Program-made: the position numbers and the translations under genes
The notes under the pieces: generated by a model
Databases searched by the model: none
Seen by the model: only the letters and a program-made list of their open reading frames with translations
Told to the model about the DNA's origin: nothing
In this document: in pieces, positions 1 through 11,730 of the stretch
How positions within the stretch are numbered: position 1 is the stretch's first letter
How the letters are laid out: each line of letters opens with the position of its first letter
Source: Basidiobolus ranarum
Taxonomy: Eukaryota
DNA: 38,716 nt
Assembly (NCBI GenBank): GCA_040143965.1
Contig: JASJQH010006921.1
Coordinates: 1 to 38,716 of the forward strand
Direction of reading: 5' to 3'

Positions 1-135
1 TGGATCAATGGTCAAGGCTGGAGCGCCGACCAGTTGACGTTGCTGATTGACTAGAGCGAGTAGTACATTTGGATCAAAGGAGAAAGCAACCCCGGAAAAA
101 GCGAAAATGGCTACGAATAAATTGAAGAACTTCAT
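1..135 (-). CDS. Secreted CAP/SCP-domain protein, 5' part (runs off the window edge)
   Basis: Minus-strand translation from ATG 135: MKFFNLFVAIFAFSGVAFS (signal peptide) then FDPNVLLALVNQQRQLVGAPALTIDP, matching the 'L.LVN..R...G...L..D..L' start of CAP/YkwD-type domains. TATA-like TATAAAT at about 171-177. Confidence 0.75.
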   Translation of the reverse strand, partial: MKFFNLFVAIFAFSGVAFSFDPNVLLALVNQQRQLVGAPALTIDP

Positions 136-1099
136 GATTTTGTATACTTCTCTGGAATGATATGAGCGATATTTATATTTAGTTGCCACCAAGCATCTCA
201 ATTACTTTGGACGGAAATCAAATATTCTCAATCAAAGTTAGACCAGAATAGACAGGTCTGGAATACAAAAGGTTAACCAATGCTAGGTTACAGTGGGGCT
301 CTTGGGCCAATGGAAGAAGATCATATTACAACAAAAGTATCCGCAAGAATCTCTTTTAAACGGTCGTATATCAACCTTATTAGAGATCAATTCCTAAATT
401 AGTAACTAGCTTCCGTTGCTAAAAAAGGAAAAAAAGAACATTTCAAGTAAGAGCCAGACCGTCACAAAATGAACATTTTCTCCAATACGTTATCCAATAC
501 ACTAGATTTTAGTTGACCTAAATGTTGATTCTAATAAAAATCCAACCAGAGGGAAGCATAGTACGTGAGACGTAACAATAATAAGGATTTTCTAGTTATT
601 CCCATCTATTAATGTGATTACATGTTCGAACATATATAAGCAAAGTTAACTTGCACACCTTCTGGCTTGTATCATAACAATTTGATGACAGTTTTCATGT
701 ACAGTTACAAGTAGTGATTATATTGACTTTAATTCTATAGCGATGCTTTTGAACTAAGTGGTACATACCCGCTTATCGAGTAGTATAGATTTGATTCTGA
801 ACGTCGCCAGTCATCCATCATTTTTACATGCCGTGATTATTTAATTCCCGGGAACGATACAGAGAAGCTATACTAATGTTCACTGAATCTGCCCACCAGA
901 ACTAAGCCCAACTTTATAGTCAATTACTTCAACCACGCCAGCCATATCCCAAACAGTACCCTAGAAAGAGTGTAGTACATCAGATTCTAAAATCTACGGA
1001 AACTGCGAGACTGGAAAGCAACGTGGCAGTTCTTATGAGGTAGTATTCTATTTGGATATATTATTCTGCTAATGTTACTCTTTTTCTCCCATTAGTGCC

Positions 1100-1620
1100 A
1101 TTTGACCATTTTCAACATATATAGGCGGAGTAATAGCATTTCTGTTGGCTCGCTTCTTGCCGAAGTACAAAATACTCATCGCAAAAATTGCAACTCCAAC
1201 CACGGAACCTATGCTAATTCCAGCAATCTAGCCGGCATTCAAACCACTAGATGGTGAAGATGCCGATATTTCTCGGAGCTCCAGTACCTCCAGGTACAGT
1301 TCTACAGGAACACTTTAGTTCAGCAGAACTCCCTATTCCGAGAGCAAGGCATCATTTCTCATCTCTCAAGCACTTGGTTTTCCTTCCATCACAAGCTGGA
1401 AGGTAGTATAGTCCATCCAAAGATGTTTCCCACTCTTCCCACTTTGTATCTTGAGAATCAATCGTAGCCCTTTAGCAACATCAGAATATATTGTACGTTG
1501 CTCCGAGACGAATTACCTCAAGGTTCTTATTAGTACATTGACTTGTGTCATCAGGAAAGCAACGCTGACGGCGGGTATGGTACGACAACCGTGGGATTTG
1601 GTGTAGTCTTATTTGTTCAT
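1100..1620 (-). pseudogene. Probable decayed gene for a Cys-containing single-pass membrane protein
   Basis: Minus strand reads SSPSSGLNAG*IAGISIGSVVGVAIFAMSILYFGKKRANR, a classic TM segment plus basic tail with an in-frame TAG at 1228-1230. The upstream segment TKWEEWETSLDGLYYLPACDGRKTKCLRDEK*CLALG has another stop and is in a different frame. Intron-like GTAATT...CTAAAG at about 1470-1515. Confidence 0.45.
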
Positions 1621-2412
1621 TATACAAAGAGAGAGAGAGAAATCTGATAAGTGAGCTACAATAAGAATCACTACAACCCATTTGGAGAATAATAGTCGTA
1701 TTTCGGAAAGGAAAGTCATCATTAAACAATAACATGGTGTAAAAGTACTTTGCTGCGTATAAAATCAAAGTTTCTCTAACCCCTCATTGAATTTACGTTT
1801 TTATTACTCATTCCTCATCTTGCTCACAGAGACTCTTATGGTAAATGTAGGAGAAGTTCTAACAAAATGGTTTCTCATTCTTCAAAAAGAAGTTATCCAA
1901 CGTCACTCGTTTTTCTATAGTATTTATCTTTACAGTTAATAAAAATCAATGACTTTTCTAGAAAAGGAAAATATCGCGATTTAGTACTCCCAATCCAAAC
2001 TTCATATCCATATCCAAATTCTACCCTTATTCAAGTTGGACTAAACATCAGCGCAATGGAAGCCACTTCAAGTCCTACATTTTGAAACAGATCGTTACCG
2101 GTTATAGAGCTGGAGACGTAAAAGGCAGGCATAACTAAGCCACCAGCTATGCTGCTGATTTAGCTACTCAGATTTTGGCATGCTATAAGAACATTAGACA
2201 AAACCAACATATAATGTAATCTTCACCTTATCCAGATTTATCGAATTCCGGTTAGCGAATATCAGGTTATTCTCCTCAGTAAATGGCTGCTGAGCTAAAC
2301 CATGTTCATACGGAGGGTTGGATCATTGTTACTGTAGAAGTAATAATTGGGTTTATAATAATGACTAATATTTATTTAGGTATTTATATTACATAAAGCA
2401 TCTGTTGAAAAC

Positions 2413-3781
2413 TTAGCACAACCAACTTTTGTTCTTCAATACTAGGGCTAAATTGCATAGCATCTGTGAGCGCCTATTTGGTAAGTATCCCTTCTCTTTA
2501 ACCAACCTATCAGTGATAATTCGGACTCCATCGATGTATTTAGCATCGCCATATCGAAGGTAAGCAAGCTCCAATATCGAGGAGAACTCCAGAACATCAT
2601 AATTACCAATATTGTGATATGGCCAGCCATTACCATGGTCTAACGCATATGGTAGGATGTAGTCTACCGCTTTCTTAATACTACGTCCATTTTTACCTTG
2701 GTAGTTCCAAATATCCACTCCCACACGCTCCGATAGTGAAGATAATAAGAAGAGCCCGCGAAGATTGAATACCGAATAGTAAAATGAGGTTTGTCGCTCC
2801 GTCTCGAATGGCTGTGAGCCATCATCCGCTATTTGCGCTTCAATACGGTTAAGTCTAGATGATTCTGCGATCTCACGCACCGCAGTGAAATTCTTTAAAA
2901 TCAGTGCTACCGACATCAACTGACAATCATAAAATGTCCCATGATTGTTAAGTGCCGATCTTTCCCCTTTTGATAGCGGGTCTTGTTGAAGCCAGTGATA
3001 ATACAAAGTAAACCACTCATTTAGGGAATTTTCCAATGGTACGGACCAGTGTGAAGATTCCCGTAAAACCTCCATCGCGTCGATTATACTATTTTAGCAT
3101 TCATAAGTATCCGTATTGCAAATCTCTAGATATAAATAGAGCTACTTACCGATAAACGTGAAAGAAGTCTAAAACTCCAGTTTGTCGTCCCATAAGTTCT
3201 CCCTTTATCATGCTACCGTACTGGATATGTGGATTCATCTTTGTCTCAGGGTTGACGAACCATTCGTTCAACCTGAGTATAGCTTTTTGGGAGTAAATCT
3301 CGTTTCGATAAAACCGATACGCAAGGGAGAGAGTATAAACATCGGCGAACATATTTCTAAGATACTCAAAGTCTTTGACCTCCTTAATGGCTGGGTTAAC
3401 TTTACCATCTTTACGTATGTAAGGTAAACCAGTGGCAGTATTTGGATCTGGCCAGAAATATTTGGCTAGTGATAAGTAATCGTGGGGATCATTAGAGGGA
3501 GTATGTTGTTTCTTTAAGGTGACAGAATAAACTTGAGAATTATTCACCGCCGAGTCGGCATCTTTCCGAAGAATATCCAAAGACAAAGTAAACTCTGAAT
3601 ACAAAGTTTTCACGTACTGAGCTCTATCTTCACCTGTCATAATACTATCTATGGAAACAGCTGGAACGCAGGAACCATCCGTGCAACCATGTATTTTAAA
3701 CAGTTGAATCTCAGAGAAGTAAAATAGGGTGAAAAATATAACGAAACCTGCGCCAGTTAGTAGTTGGTTTCTTCTATTCAT
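2413..3781 (-). CDS. Alginate/glucuronan lyase (PF05426, PL38-like), 435 aa, N-terminal membrane anchor; 2 exons (3781-3150, 3088-2413)
   Basis: Motifs DPHDYLSLAKYFWPDP, GLPYIRKDGKVNP, MNPH, NNHGTFYD, QIADDGSQPFE and YSVFNL. The 61-nt intron 3149-3089 (GTAAGT...TAG) joins the two ORFs in frame. Confidence 0.88.
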
Positions 3782-4147
3782 GTTAGGGGTTTACTAACAC
3801 TGTCAAAGGCTATTCCAGTTACCCTTTATTCATATCAGAAAATAGATAATAGGGAGACTGGTTTTCTTATGATGGAATTAATGAAAACCAATTTGTTATA
3901 AATAACCGATACTGATCTGTACTAGGGACCCTCCATAGATAACGAAAAAAAGATGGTATTTTATATAGATAGCATTAATTAGCATATATTCAGCTGCATA
4001 TTAAACAATCAATTCCATGACATGAGAGCTATGATGTTGATCTCTCAATTAAGAAAGTCTAAGAAAAAAAGATCGATGTGCTCATCAACTATTATATTCA
4101 TAATAACCAACGATTGACTAAGAGTAACTGAGCTTGCTTTTAATACA

Positions 4148-7001
4148 ATGGGTAAGAAGTGAAGTCTGGCAAACTCCAATACAATATGTTTTACTTAGAT
4201 CCGTTTCATTTTATTCAAAAAATATTCTTTTATAGCTAAAGATAAAAAGAAGAAGAATAATAATAAGGCTTTGAAAGAGGAAAAGAAAGCAAAGGTGATT
4301 TTGTTGTAACCGCAAAGGCCATTTTCGCGCCTAGAATCTCTTATTTCTAACTGAGTTTGTACAATATATCAGGCTGCTGTAAAACAAGCCAAAAAAGAGA
4401 AAAAGGGGAAGAGTAAAAATCAAGAGGAGGATTCTGACGAAGACATTGAGGCTATTCTTGCAAATTTCCAACGCGAAGTAAAATTGACCCTGTTTATCTC
4501 AAGTAGATTTTCTGATAAACTGACTATTTGGAATCCTTAGCAACTGGAAAAGTTCAAGGTTGCCGAGGAAATTGTAGGCGAGGCTCCTTCCTTCCGTGGA
4601 AATGCCACACTCACCCCTAATCCTTTACCCAATGCAAACGAACTCATTTTCTTCGGAGGTGAATACTATGATGGAGCTCGTTGCACCTTCTATAACGAGC
4701 TATTTCGGTAAATTAAAAACTGTTCGAGTAATTTAAAAGACACGTCTAAATCGATAACAATAGCTACAACGTCGAGAAAAACGAGTGGAAGAAAATCACA
4801 TCACCCAACTCTCCAGGTCCTAGATCTTCACATCAAATGGTGGCTACTCCAAATGGAACTATGTTTTTATATGGCGGTGAATTTGCTTCAGCAAATGAAA
4901 CCAAATTTTTCCATTATCGAGTAAGTACATGAATACCCACTACTAGGTTTTTCTTTTAGCTTACGCGAATTGAAATTTTTTAGGACTTCTGGTAGTGAAC
5001 CCATCGATTCATGTCTAAACGTCACTTAAAACTGACTTTTTGCTATCATATTAGGAGCTTCGACTTGAAGAGTAGTGAGTGGACCAAACAAGAGATTAAA
5101 CCTTTACCACCACCAAGGTTCCTACACAAAACTTCCACTTTCATCATCATTCAACCTATTTAGATGAATCCTCTTCATTTAGATCTGGACATCGTATGAC
5201 TCTTTGGAAGCACTACTTGGTATTGTTTGGTGGTTTCTACGACAACGTACAAACTACACGTTACTATGACGATTTGTGGTTATTTGACACCCTGGAATAC
5301 AAATGGATTAAAGTTGAATTTCCAGAAAATTCCAACCGACCCAGGTACCCATTTAGTGACTTTAGTGAATTATTATTCATATTTGCTCATTTGTTTCCAT
5401 TTCTCTAGTCCTCGAAGTGGGTTCCAGCTATTTCCACATGGAGATAATGTATTTTTGTACGGAGGCTACTGTCGTGAATTCGTTAAAGGTGGAGATGCTA
5501 AGGGAATTGTTCATAGGTACGTTTATCTCCTATTATAACGACACCCTCTCTATTGTGCAAATATTAATAACAAGTTTTCTTTCACCTAATACAATTTTTC
5601 AGCGGTAAAAATCGACCCTCAACTTGATTATCGTCTTCGCTACTTTGCTAACTTCCCCTCATAGATTTATGGATGTTGAAGATGAATGCTGACCCGAAGT
5701 TGATTCGTTGGGAACGCCGCAAGAGACAAGGCTTTGCCCCATCGTAAGCACCAAAAATGAACTTTCTCTCACTTTCATGGTTACTCATAACGATTCTTCC
5801 AGTCCTAGAACCGGTGGCACCATGGTAGTCTACAAAAACAGGGCTACTCTTTTTGGTGGTGTCTATGATGAAGAGGTTAACGATGAGAAACTGGAAACTG
5901 TCTGTTATAACGAGATGTACACATATCAATGTGATACCAATAAATGGTATCCCTTGTCTCTGCGTTTGCCCAAAACCAGTAAGAAGAAGAAAAAGGCCAA
6001 GAAGGTGGTTGAACAATCTGTAGAGGAAGAAGAGAAAAAGATGGAATATTCTGATGAAGAAGAGGACGACAATGAGAATAATAATTGGGTAAAGGCATTT
6101 CCAAGAATCTGGGGATCTTTTCATTGGATCTTAACTAATTTGTTGCTTACTAGGGCGCTACAAAGGAAAACTCACATTCCGAAGATCCTTCAAACGAGCC
6201 TGACGAACCTGAAAAGCCATCACCAAGATACAATGCGATGATGTGTGTAGTCAAGAATCATCTATATCTGTAAGTGAAGACTCTTTGAATTTCTTGAATG
6301 GCTTGAAACTAATGGTTCATTACATTTTCTTGGGTCATTGGAATAATAAAGCTACGGAGGCATTCTTGAAGTTGGAGACAGAGAATTCACTCTAGATGAT
6401 TTCTACTCACTCAATTTGGATAAACTTCACGAATTTGTTTGTATCAAAAAGCCAAACATTGAAGCACAAGTTTGGTTAGGTGAAAACAGTGATGATGATG
6501 ATGATGATGACGATGATGAAGACGACGAAGATGACGAGAATGACGAAGAGGGAGCCAGAGGTGATGATGAGGCCGCAGAGAAACCTTCGAAGACTAAAGA
6601 GCCCAGTGGGGTTGCTGCGACTGGAGGTCTAGGAAGACATGGACGTATTGATGTTTGTATTAATTCATTTTTTCTACTTTCGTTGCTGTTGTCTAACCGA
6701 AGGTTTGTATTAGCGCAATGCTCTGGAAGAGTTGGAAGCAGCAGAAGATACACCAAAACCTGGTGAAAGTCTTCGAGAATTCTTCGAAAGAACCAATACT
6801 TACTGGGTGGAGAAAGCTTACGAAGAAACTCAACGCACTGGAAAAGCACTTCGTAGAGATGGCTTTCAAATGGCGGAAGAGAGATATATTGAGTTCGAAC
6901 CACAGTTGAAAGAATGGGAAGGAATTCTAAAAGAAATTGAAGAACGGGAAAAGCGAGAAGCCTTGGAGAAAAAGCAACAAAAGGAGAAAAGTAGACGTTG
7001 A
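4148..7001 (+). CDS. KEL3: Kelch domain-containing protein 4 / Kel3 with C-terminal DUF4110; many exons including 8-nt and 2-nt microexons
   Basis: Spliced product MAKDKKKK...EDIEAIL...[11 protein letters not shown]...SPGPRSSHQ...YGGEFAS...RSGHRM...FGGFYD...[25 protein letters not shown]...[19 protein letters not shown]...LRRDGF, typical of KLHDC4/Kel3. Confidence 0.9.
6490..6548 (+). repeat. (GAT/GAC)n coding microsatellite, acidic poly-Asp/Glu tract
   Basis: GATGATGATGATGATGATGACGATGATGAAGACGAC... encodes [20 protein letters not shown]. Confidence 0.9.
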
Positions 7002-7368
7002 TAGCATCACTATTAGTGCATAGAATCAACTTTATTGGATAGAAGTTATTAAAATCAAAATGCTCTTCAAAGATGATCATATCCTCTCATATATCGGAGA
7101 GTTGTCGTGATGGCCACATTACCACTAATTTCATTGCCCATGTCTGTGCTTCAACTTCACAATAAATCAGTTATTTTTATTGGCCACCAAGATAGCCCGT
7201 AATAATGCCATTGTTCACAACTCTAACACAGTCACCAGATCAAGATAGCATTATTAGATGCACTTTCATTATTAATTTCTACCAAGGTTTATTATCGATG
7301 CTCATAAAGGTTTAGCCATGGAAGCAGACTTATGGTATTACAGGTATTCCTTAGTATCTCACGAATGT

Positions 7369-8271
7369 TTAGCAAGAGCCGGAACAACCTTTGCTTTTAC
7401 AGAAAAGTTGGCACTCAGCTTTTCTACGTCTCACCAAGCCTGGCAACACCTTACCACCTCCATGGACCCAAAGTTTAAATTCGGAGGCTGCTCCATTTAT
7501 ATTCCCATTGTTCAGCATGGTACGCATGTCGGAGCCGCGATACGCTCCACAGCCAAGGTTAAAGGCGAAAGATACCAAAGCGGAGAATTGATTGGTGTCT
7601 AAAGATGCGGCAGTATTATCCCTAATGCACTTCTCAAACTGAGCTAGGTCTTGCCTCAATAGAGCAGATCCCTGTGCTTCACTGATCGGCGGCTTGATAC
7701 TATCACAGTTGGATCCCGCGGTATGGCAAGCATGACCATAGCCGATTGTTTTGATACCCTAACAATAGATTGGAAGTGTGAGCAAGTACATCAGTCAACC
7801 CTCCAGAATCTTTACTTACAACTGGATCAGTGTAAAAATTGGCATAGAATCCTTCAAACTCCTTAACCAAAGCCAACCCTTCGTTATTGATTTGCCCATT
7901 GTTTGGCGACCCACCACCATCACCACCAGTACCATCGCATCGTGGAACACCAGGAACCCAATTCTGATTAGTCTGTACATAGTAATCCGACACATAGCCA
8001 TTACTTTGAACCTTATCCCAAATGCTATCGAAATATGTAAGTAAACCAATAAAAGTACAAGCATCAGAGCCACTTACTTTGTGGTTTGGATTTTCTCTCC
8101 TGTAGTTTGGCAGATGATCTGAACATCGGCTCCAGCAGCTAACGAACCAACCACGGAGTATTGAGTTCCGGGACCAGAGCGGATATTAACACCTTCATTG
8201 ACACGATACCCCATCACTAGCCCTTGACCACCAAGAGAAACCAAAGCTATCTTCAAAGTGAAATACTTCAT
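7369..8271 (-). CDS. Secreted SH3b + GH24 (phage-type) lysozyme, 262 aa; exons 8271-8078, 8024-7820, 7758-7369
   Basis: Signal peptide, then SH3b-like VNIRSGPGTQYSVVG...IWDKV..GYVSDYYV, then a Gly linker. GH24 catalytic segment EFEGFYANFYTDPVGIKTIGYGH (E-x8-D-x5-T), followed by NQFSALVSFAFNLG and W...GGKVLPGLVRRRKAE. Two canonical introns (53 and 61 nt) keep the frame. Confidence 0.92.
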
Positions 8272-8850
8272 ATCGCCAAATATGGACTGTTCAAACTAGT
8301 GAATTGTTTTGGAAAAGACCATAATGTGCCCTTTTATATCCTTTTAAAATGTTCTCTCTCACGAGCTGTTCATTTTTCTCTTCGACATAATGTTCACAGC
8401 AAGACCTGTAAAGAACCAGTTTGATATGAGTTCTCTGTGTATACTTCACTTACCCAGATTCTTGTCATGTTCCACAGGGAATATATTGCGTCTATCTCGA
8501 TTGAGAATGGAATCACGCTCCCAAGACTCTAGGTAACTGAACATGAATATGATATCAGCAAGAGTAAAAGAAAGTATGACTATGGAAATGATCTACAGGA
8601 TCGGATAAACTTGAGGTGTGTGAATCTGTATGTCGCTTTATTTACCCTAACCCTTACACTGACTCTCCTAATCTCGCTTAAGTTTATACGAGATAAAGTC
8701 ATTATGAGGTACCCGAAGACCACCTTGGCAAATAATGGCAAAAGCTGTGATTGATGTAAATACTCGTTGCCATAAAAAATTCATTACATCCAATTTATGC
8801 AGATCGTAGAGGCCTTCTAGTCAAAGGGTTTCCTTTACCATCATTAAATC

Positions 8851-9714
8851 ATGTTTATGCAACTATTGTCTTATCTTGGCCTAGTCCTTGCATTCTCACT
8901 TGTAGTATTAAGTATAGGTATAGTAAGCATGTGCGATAGATTTCTGAATAACAATAACTTACATTTCTTTCAAGCCTGCGGTCTCTATTATTTGTCCGAG
9001 CTGGTAGAAGAATACACGGTCGCCACCAAAAAACTCATCAAATATATAACCTTGGTAAGCATTTTAAGAGTATGTACCATCATCACGCTCGAGCTCACAT
9101 GTTAATTTTGAAGATTGTACTCGGCATTCACGTATTGCTGTTATTTGATGGACTTCCGTTTTGGCGGATTAGCTTTTCAATCTTATGTCATGGAGTGTAT
9201 AGTTTAAACTTGAAAAAATTCCCCTTCATTAATCTGTTAGAAGCTCCTTTCATTGCCAGCTGTGGTATGTTAACTTGAACTTCTGCTCATCTCGAACTTT
9301 ATTAAGTGAAATGAAACTTGTAGCTGTAGTACTAGCCGATCATTTCCTCTGGTTCCAATACTTTACCATTCACGCGACACCTGTTGCACATATTGCTTCT
9401 TTCTTTGCTATCTGCATTTGGCTCGTCCCTTTCATTTACTTCATTTCATTAAGCGCCAATGACTTGACTTTACCTAATTATGGTTGGTTTTTTATTTATC
9501 GCTGGTTATGCATACCTAAGAATTTTTCCAAACAATGATATTGTATATTACAGGTGCTGAGTCCTCCAAGTCAACCTCTTCACCTCAAATTGGAGTTACT
9601 AACATTCAAAGACGGTATAAAGGCACTGGCATGCTTAAATCCTTCCTCAATGTGATACTACGTAAAGGAGATGACGTGCTACCACATACAGGTTCAGCCA
9701 CTAAAGAAATTTGA
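8851..9714 (+). CDS. SVP26: Svp26/TEX261 COPII cargo adaptor (5 exons)
   Basis: LSIACGLYYLSELVEEYTV, FPFINL, DHFLWFQYF and IASFFAICIWLVPFIYFISLSAND are Erv26/Svp26 hallmarks. Stop TGA at 9712-9714. Confidence 0.9.
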
Positions 9715-10132
9715 GTGGTAACCAAGGTAACAAACTGGACTTCTTTTATAGACGTTGTTATGTAGTCATTTGTTCACTTATATAGGGTGAAATTTACCAT
9801 GGCTAACAATAGTATGAAGCACATTAGACAATAAACATACGATTAGGATTCAACATAATACTATTATACAACAGACTATTATTCCGCGATAATGGAGGCA
9901 TTTATTATGCTCCAAAGAAAATCATGCTTATCGTTAGACGAACAGATAGCTAGTATTGTGTATGTTGTCAACGAGATTCTCACTATTCTGGATATAACTG
10001 ATCCTTTTATTTCATGAGATTTTCACCAACTGTATTTAAGAGTCCAAGCTCTTTGCTGCAACTGAATTTGTTATTGTACACTAACTTCTTTAACCCTTTA
10101 ACCTTAACTCTCTAATCAACCTTATCAGGACA

Positions 10133-10855
10133 ATGAACACTTCTAAAGTCATCATATTTGCCTCGTTTGCTTTAAGTGTGTTGGGTCACCCCTACAGCTA
10201 TGAATATATACCTGAAGTGCATCGTGCAACTGCTTATATCAATATGTCCAACTCAAGCATTAAAGGAATTATTCACTTTACCCAGATGAGTGACGATGAT
10301 ACAGTTACTATTCATGGAAACTTGACAGGTCTAGCACCAGGACAGCATGGCTTACATATTCACCAGTACGGGGACCTTGGGAACGAGTGCATTAATGCTG
10401 GGCCTCACTTCAATCCACACAATAAAACTCATTCAGCACCCAAAGATTCCGAACGGCACGTTGGTGATCTAGGAAATATCGTTACTGACAATACAAAACT
10501 GACCATATTCGTTCTTCACGATAACATTATAAAACTATCTGGTGGAAACAATATTGTGGGGTAAGTTTGTGACTGCGTTTTAGAACGTGTATAGACTCTT
10601 TTTCAAAAATTCACTGGTGAAGTTAACCATTTTTTCTTGGTAATTCATAGTCGAGCCATTGTGATTCACGAAAAAGAGGACGATTTAGGGCACGGCACTA
10701 CCTCGGGTTCCAAAGAAACTGGTGAGGCTGGTAAAAGGGTCGCCTGCGGAATAATCGGTAAGTACACGATTGCACTTAACTGTAATAAGATATCCGAAAT
10801 TGTTAACTTTTGATTTGAACGTTCTAAATACAAAACGCTAGGATACAGTAAATGA
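10133..10855 (+). CDS. Secreted Cu/Zn superoxide dismutase (3 exons)
   Basis: Signal peptide, then [43 protein letters not shown] and [14 protein letters not shown]. Last exon ends YSK* at 10855. Confidence 0.92.
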
Positions 10856-11730
10856 TTGCAAGAGTAAATAGAAACAACATAAAATTATTATTAAGAGCTT
10901 CAAGGTTTTAAATTCATGTACATTTTAAAGCGACTTCCCTTTGTTCATAAACCCATAGATAATGGAACGTTAACATACCTATAGAACTATCAATAAACTT
11001 AAGACTCCATGTTTCAATTCACACCACATTCTCTCATGGATGATTCAGGAATGAATATTGGCCAATGATCGGCGAGAACTAGCTTCATACGCGTACGCGT
11101 ACACACAGCTTGCTAGATATATTTACTATACAGCGTACTAAATGGGCACCTCTGATGAAGTGTTACTGAGTGCTGTTGGTTCCCAGAATTCGGAGGTTTA
11201 TCACTCTCTACGTTCAATAAACCTGATAATCCATGCTGTTACGAGAAGAATATGATCTTCTTGCTGATGGGTATCGGTAGAAATCTGGATAAGTATTGGT
11301 ATAGGCTATCTTGTTGGTTCAGATGACTAGAATCAATTTTGTCTGAGCCCCCTTAGGGTTAAGGCCCCTTTTTGGCCACTGATCTTATTATATCTATTGT
11401 ATCGCCTATTCTTTAATTTTCTGATTCTTGCTACTGGTTACTCAATATCCTCACTCCCCCAAAATCAAAGACCCTTTGTTTTATTGGAGCCCCCTGCACA
11501 CATCAGTTACACACTCTTTAACTACTTTGAATATCTTTTGTGGGGGACATCCTTTTGAATATTCGAGTTTAGGTAGTTTTTTTTGCCAATTTTCATAGTC
11601 TTAAAGACCACTTTCATATACCTTAACATCATAATACACCAACCACGACAATACGTAAATACAAAAGTTCCATCATCACACACTATTTCCATTCACTACG
11701 TTTTAAATAGACCCAAGTCACTTTACTTTC

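Noticed and set aside
6427-7080. 217-aa minus-strand ORF and other antisense ORFs (5648-6124, 14673-15071, 15423-15668, 31912-32301, 36561-36854)
   Set aside because: Shadow frames of real genes on the opposite strand, produced by low-complexity coding sequence.
9931-9947. 12-nt match (TTAGACGAACAG) to the repeated element
   Set aside because: Does not extend on either side and is too short to call a fourth copy.
11320-11400. snRNA-like segment (AATTTTG plus hairpins, GGCC-CCTTTTT-GGCC)
   Set aside because: Lacks the U2 branch-pairing GTAGTA, the U5 loop and the U1 5' end. Compatible with chance.
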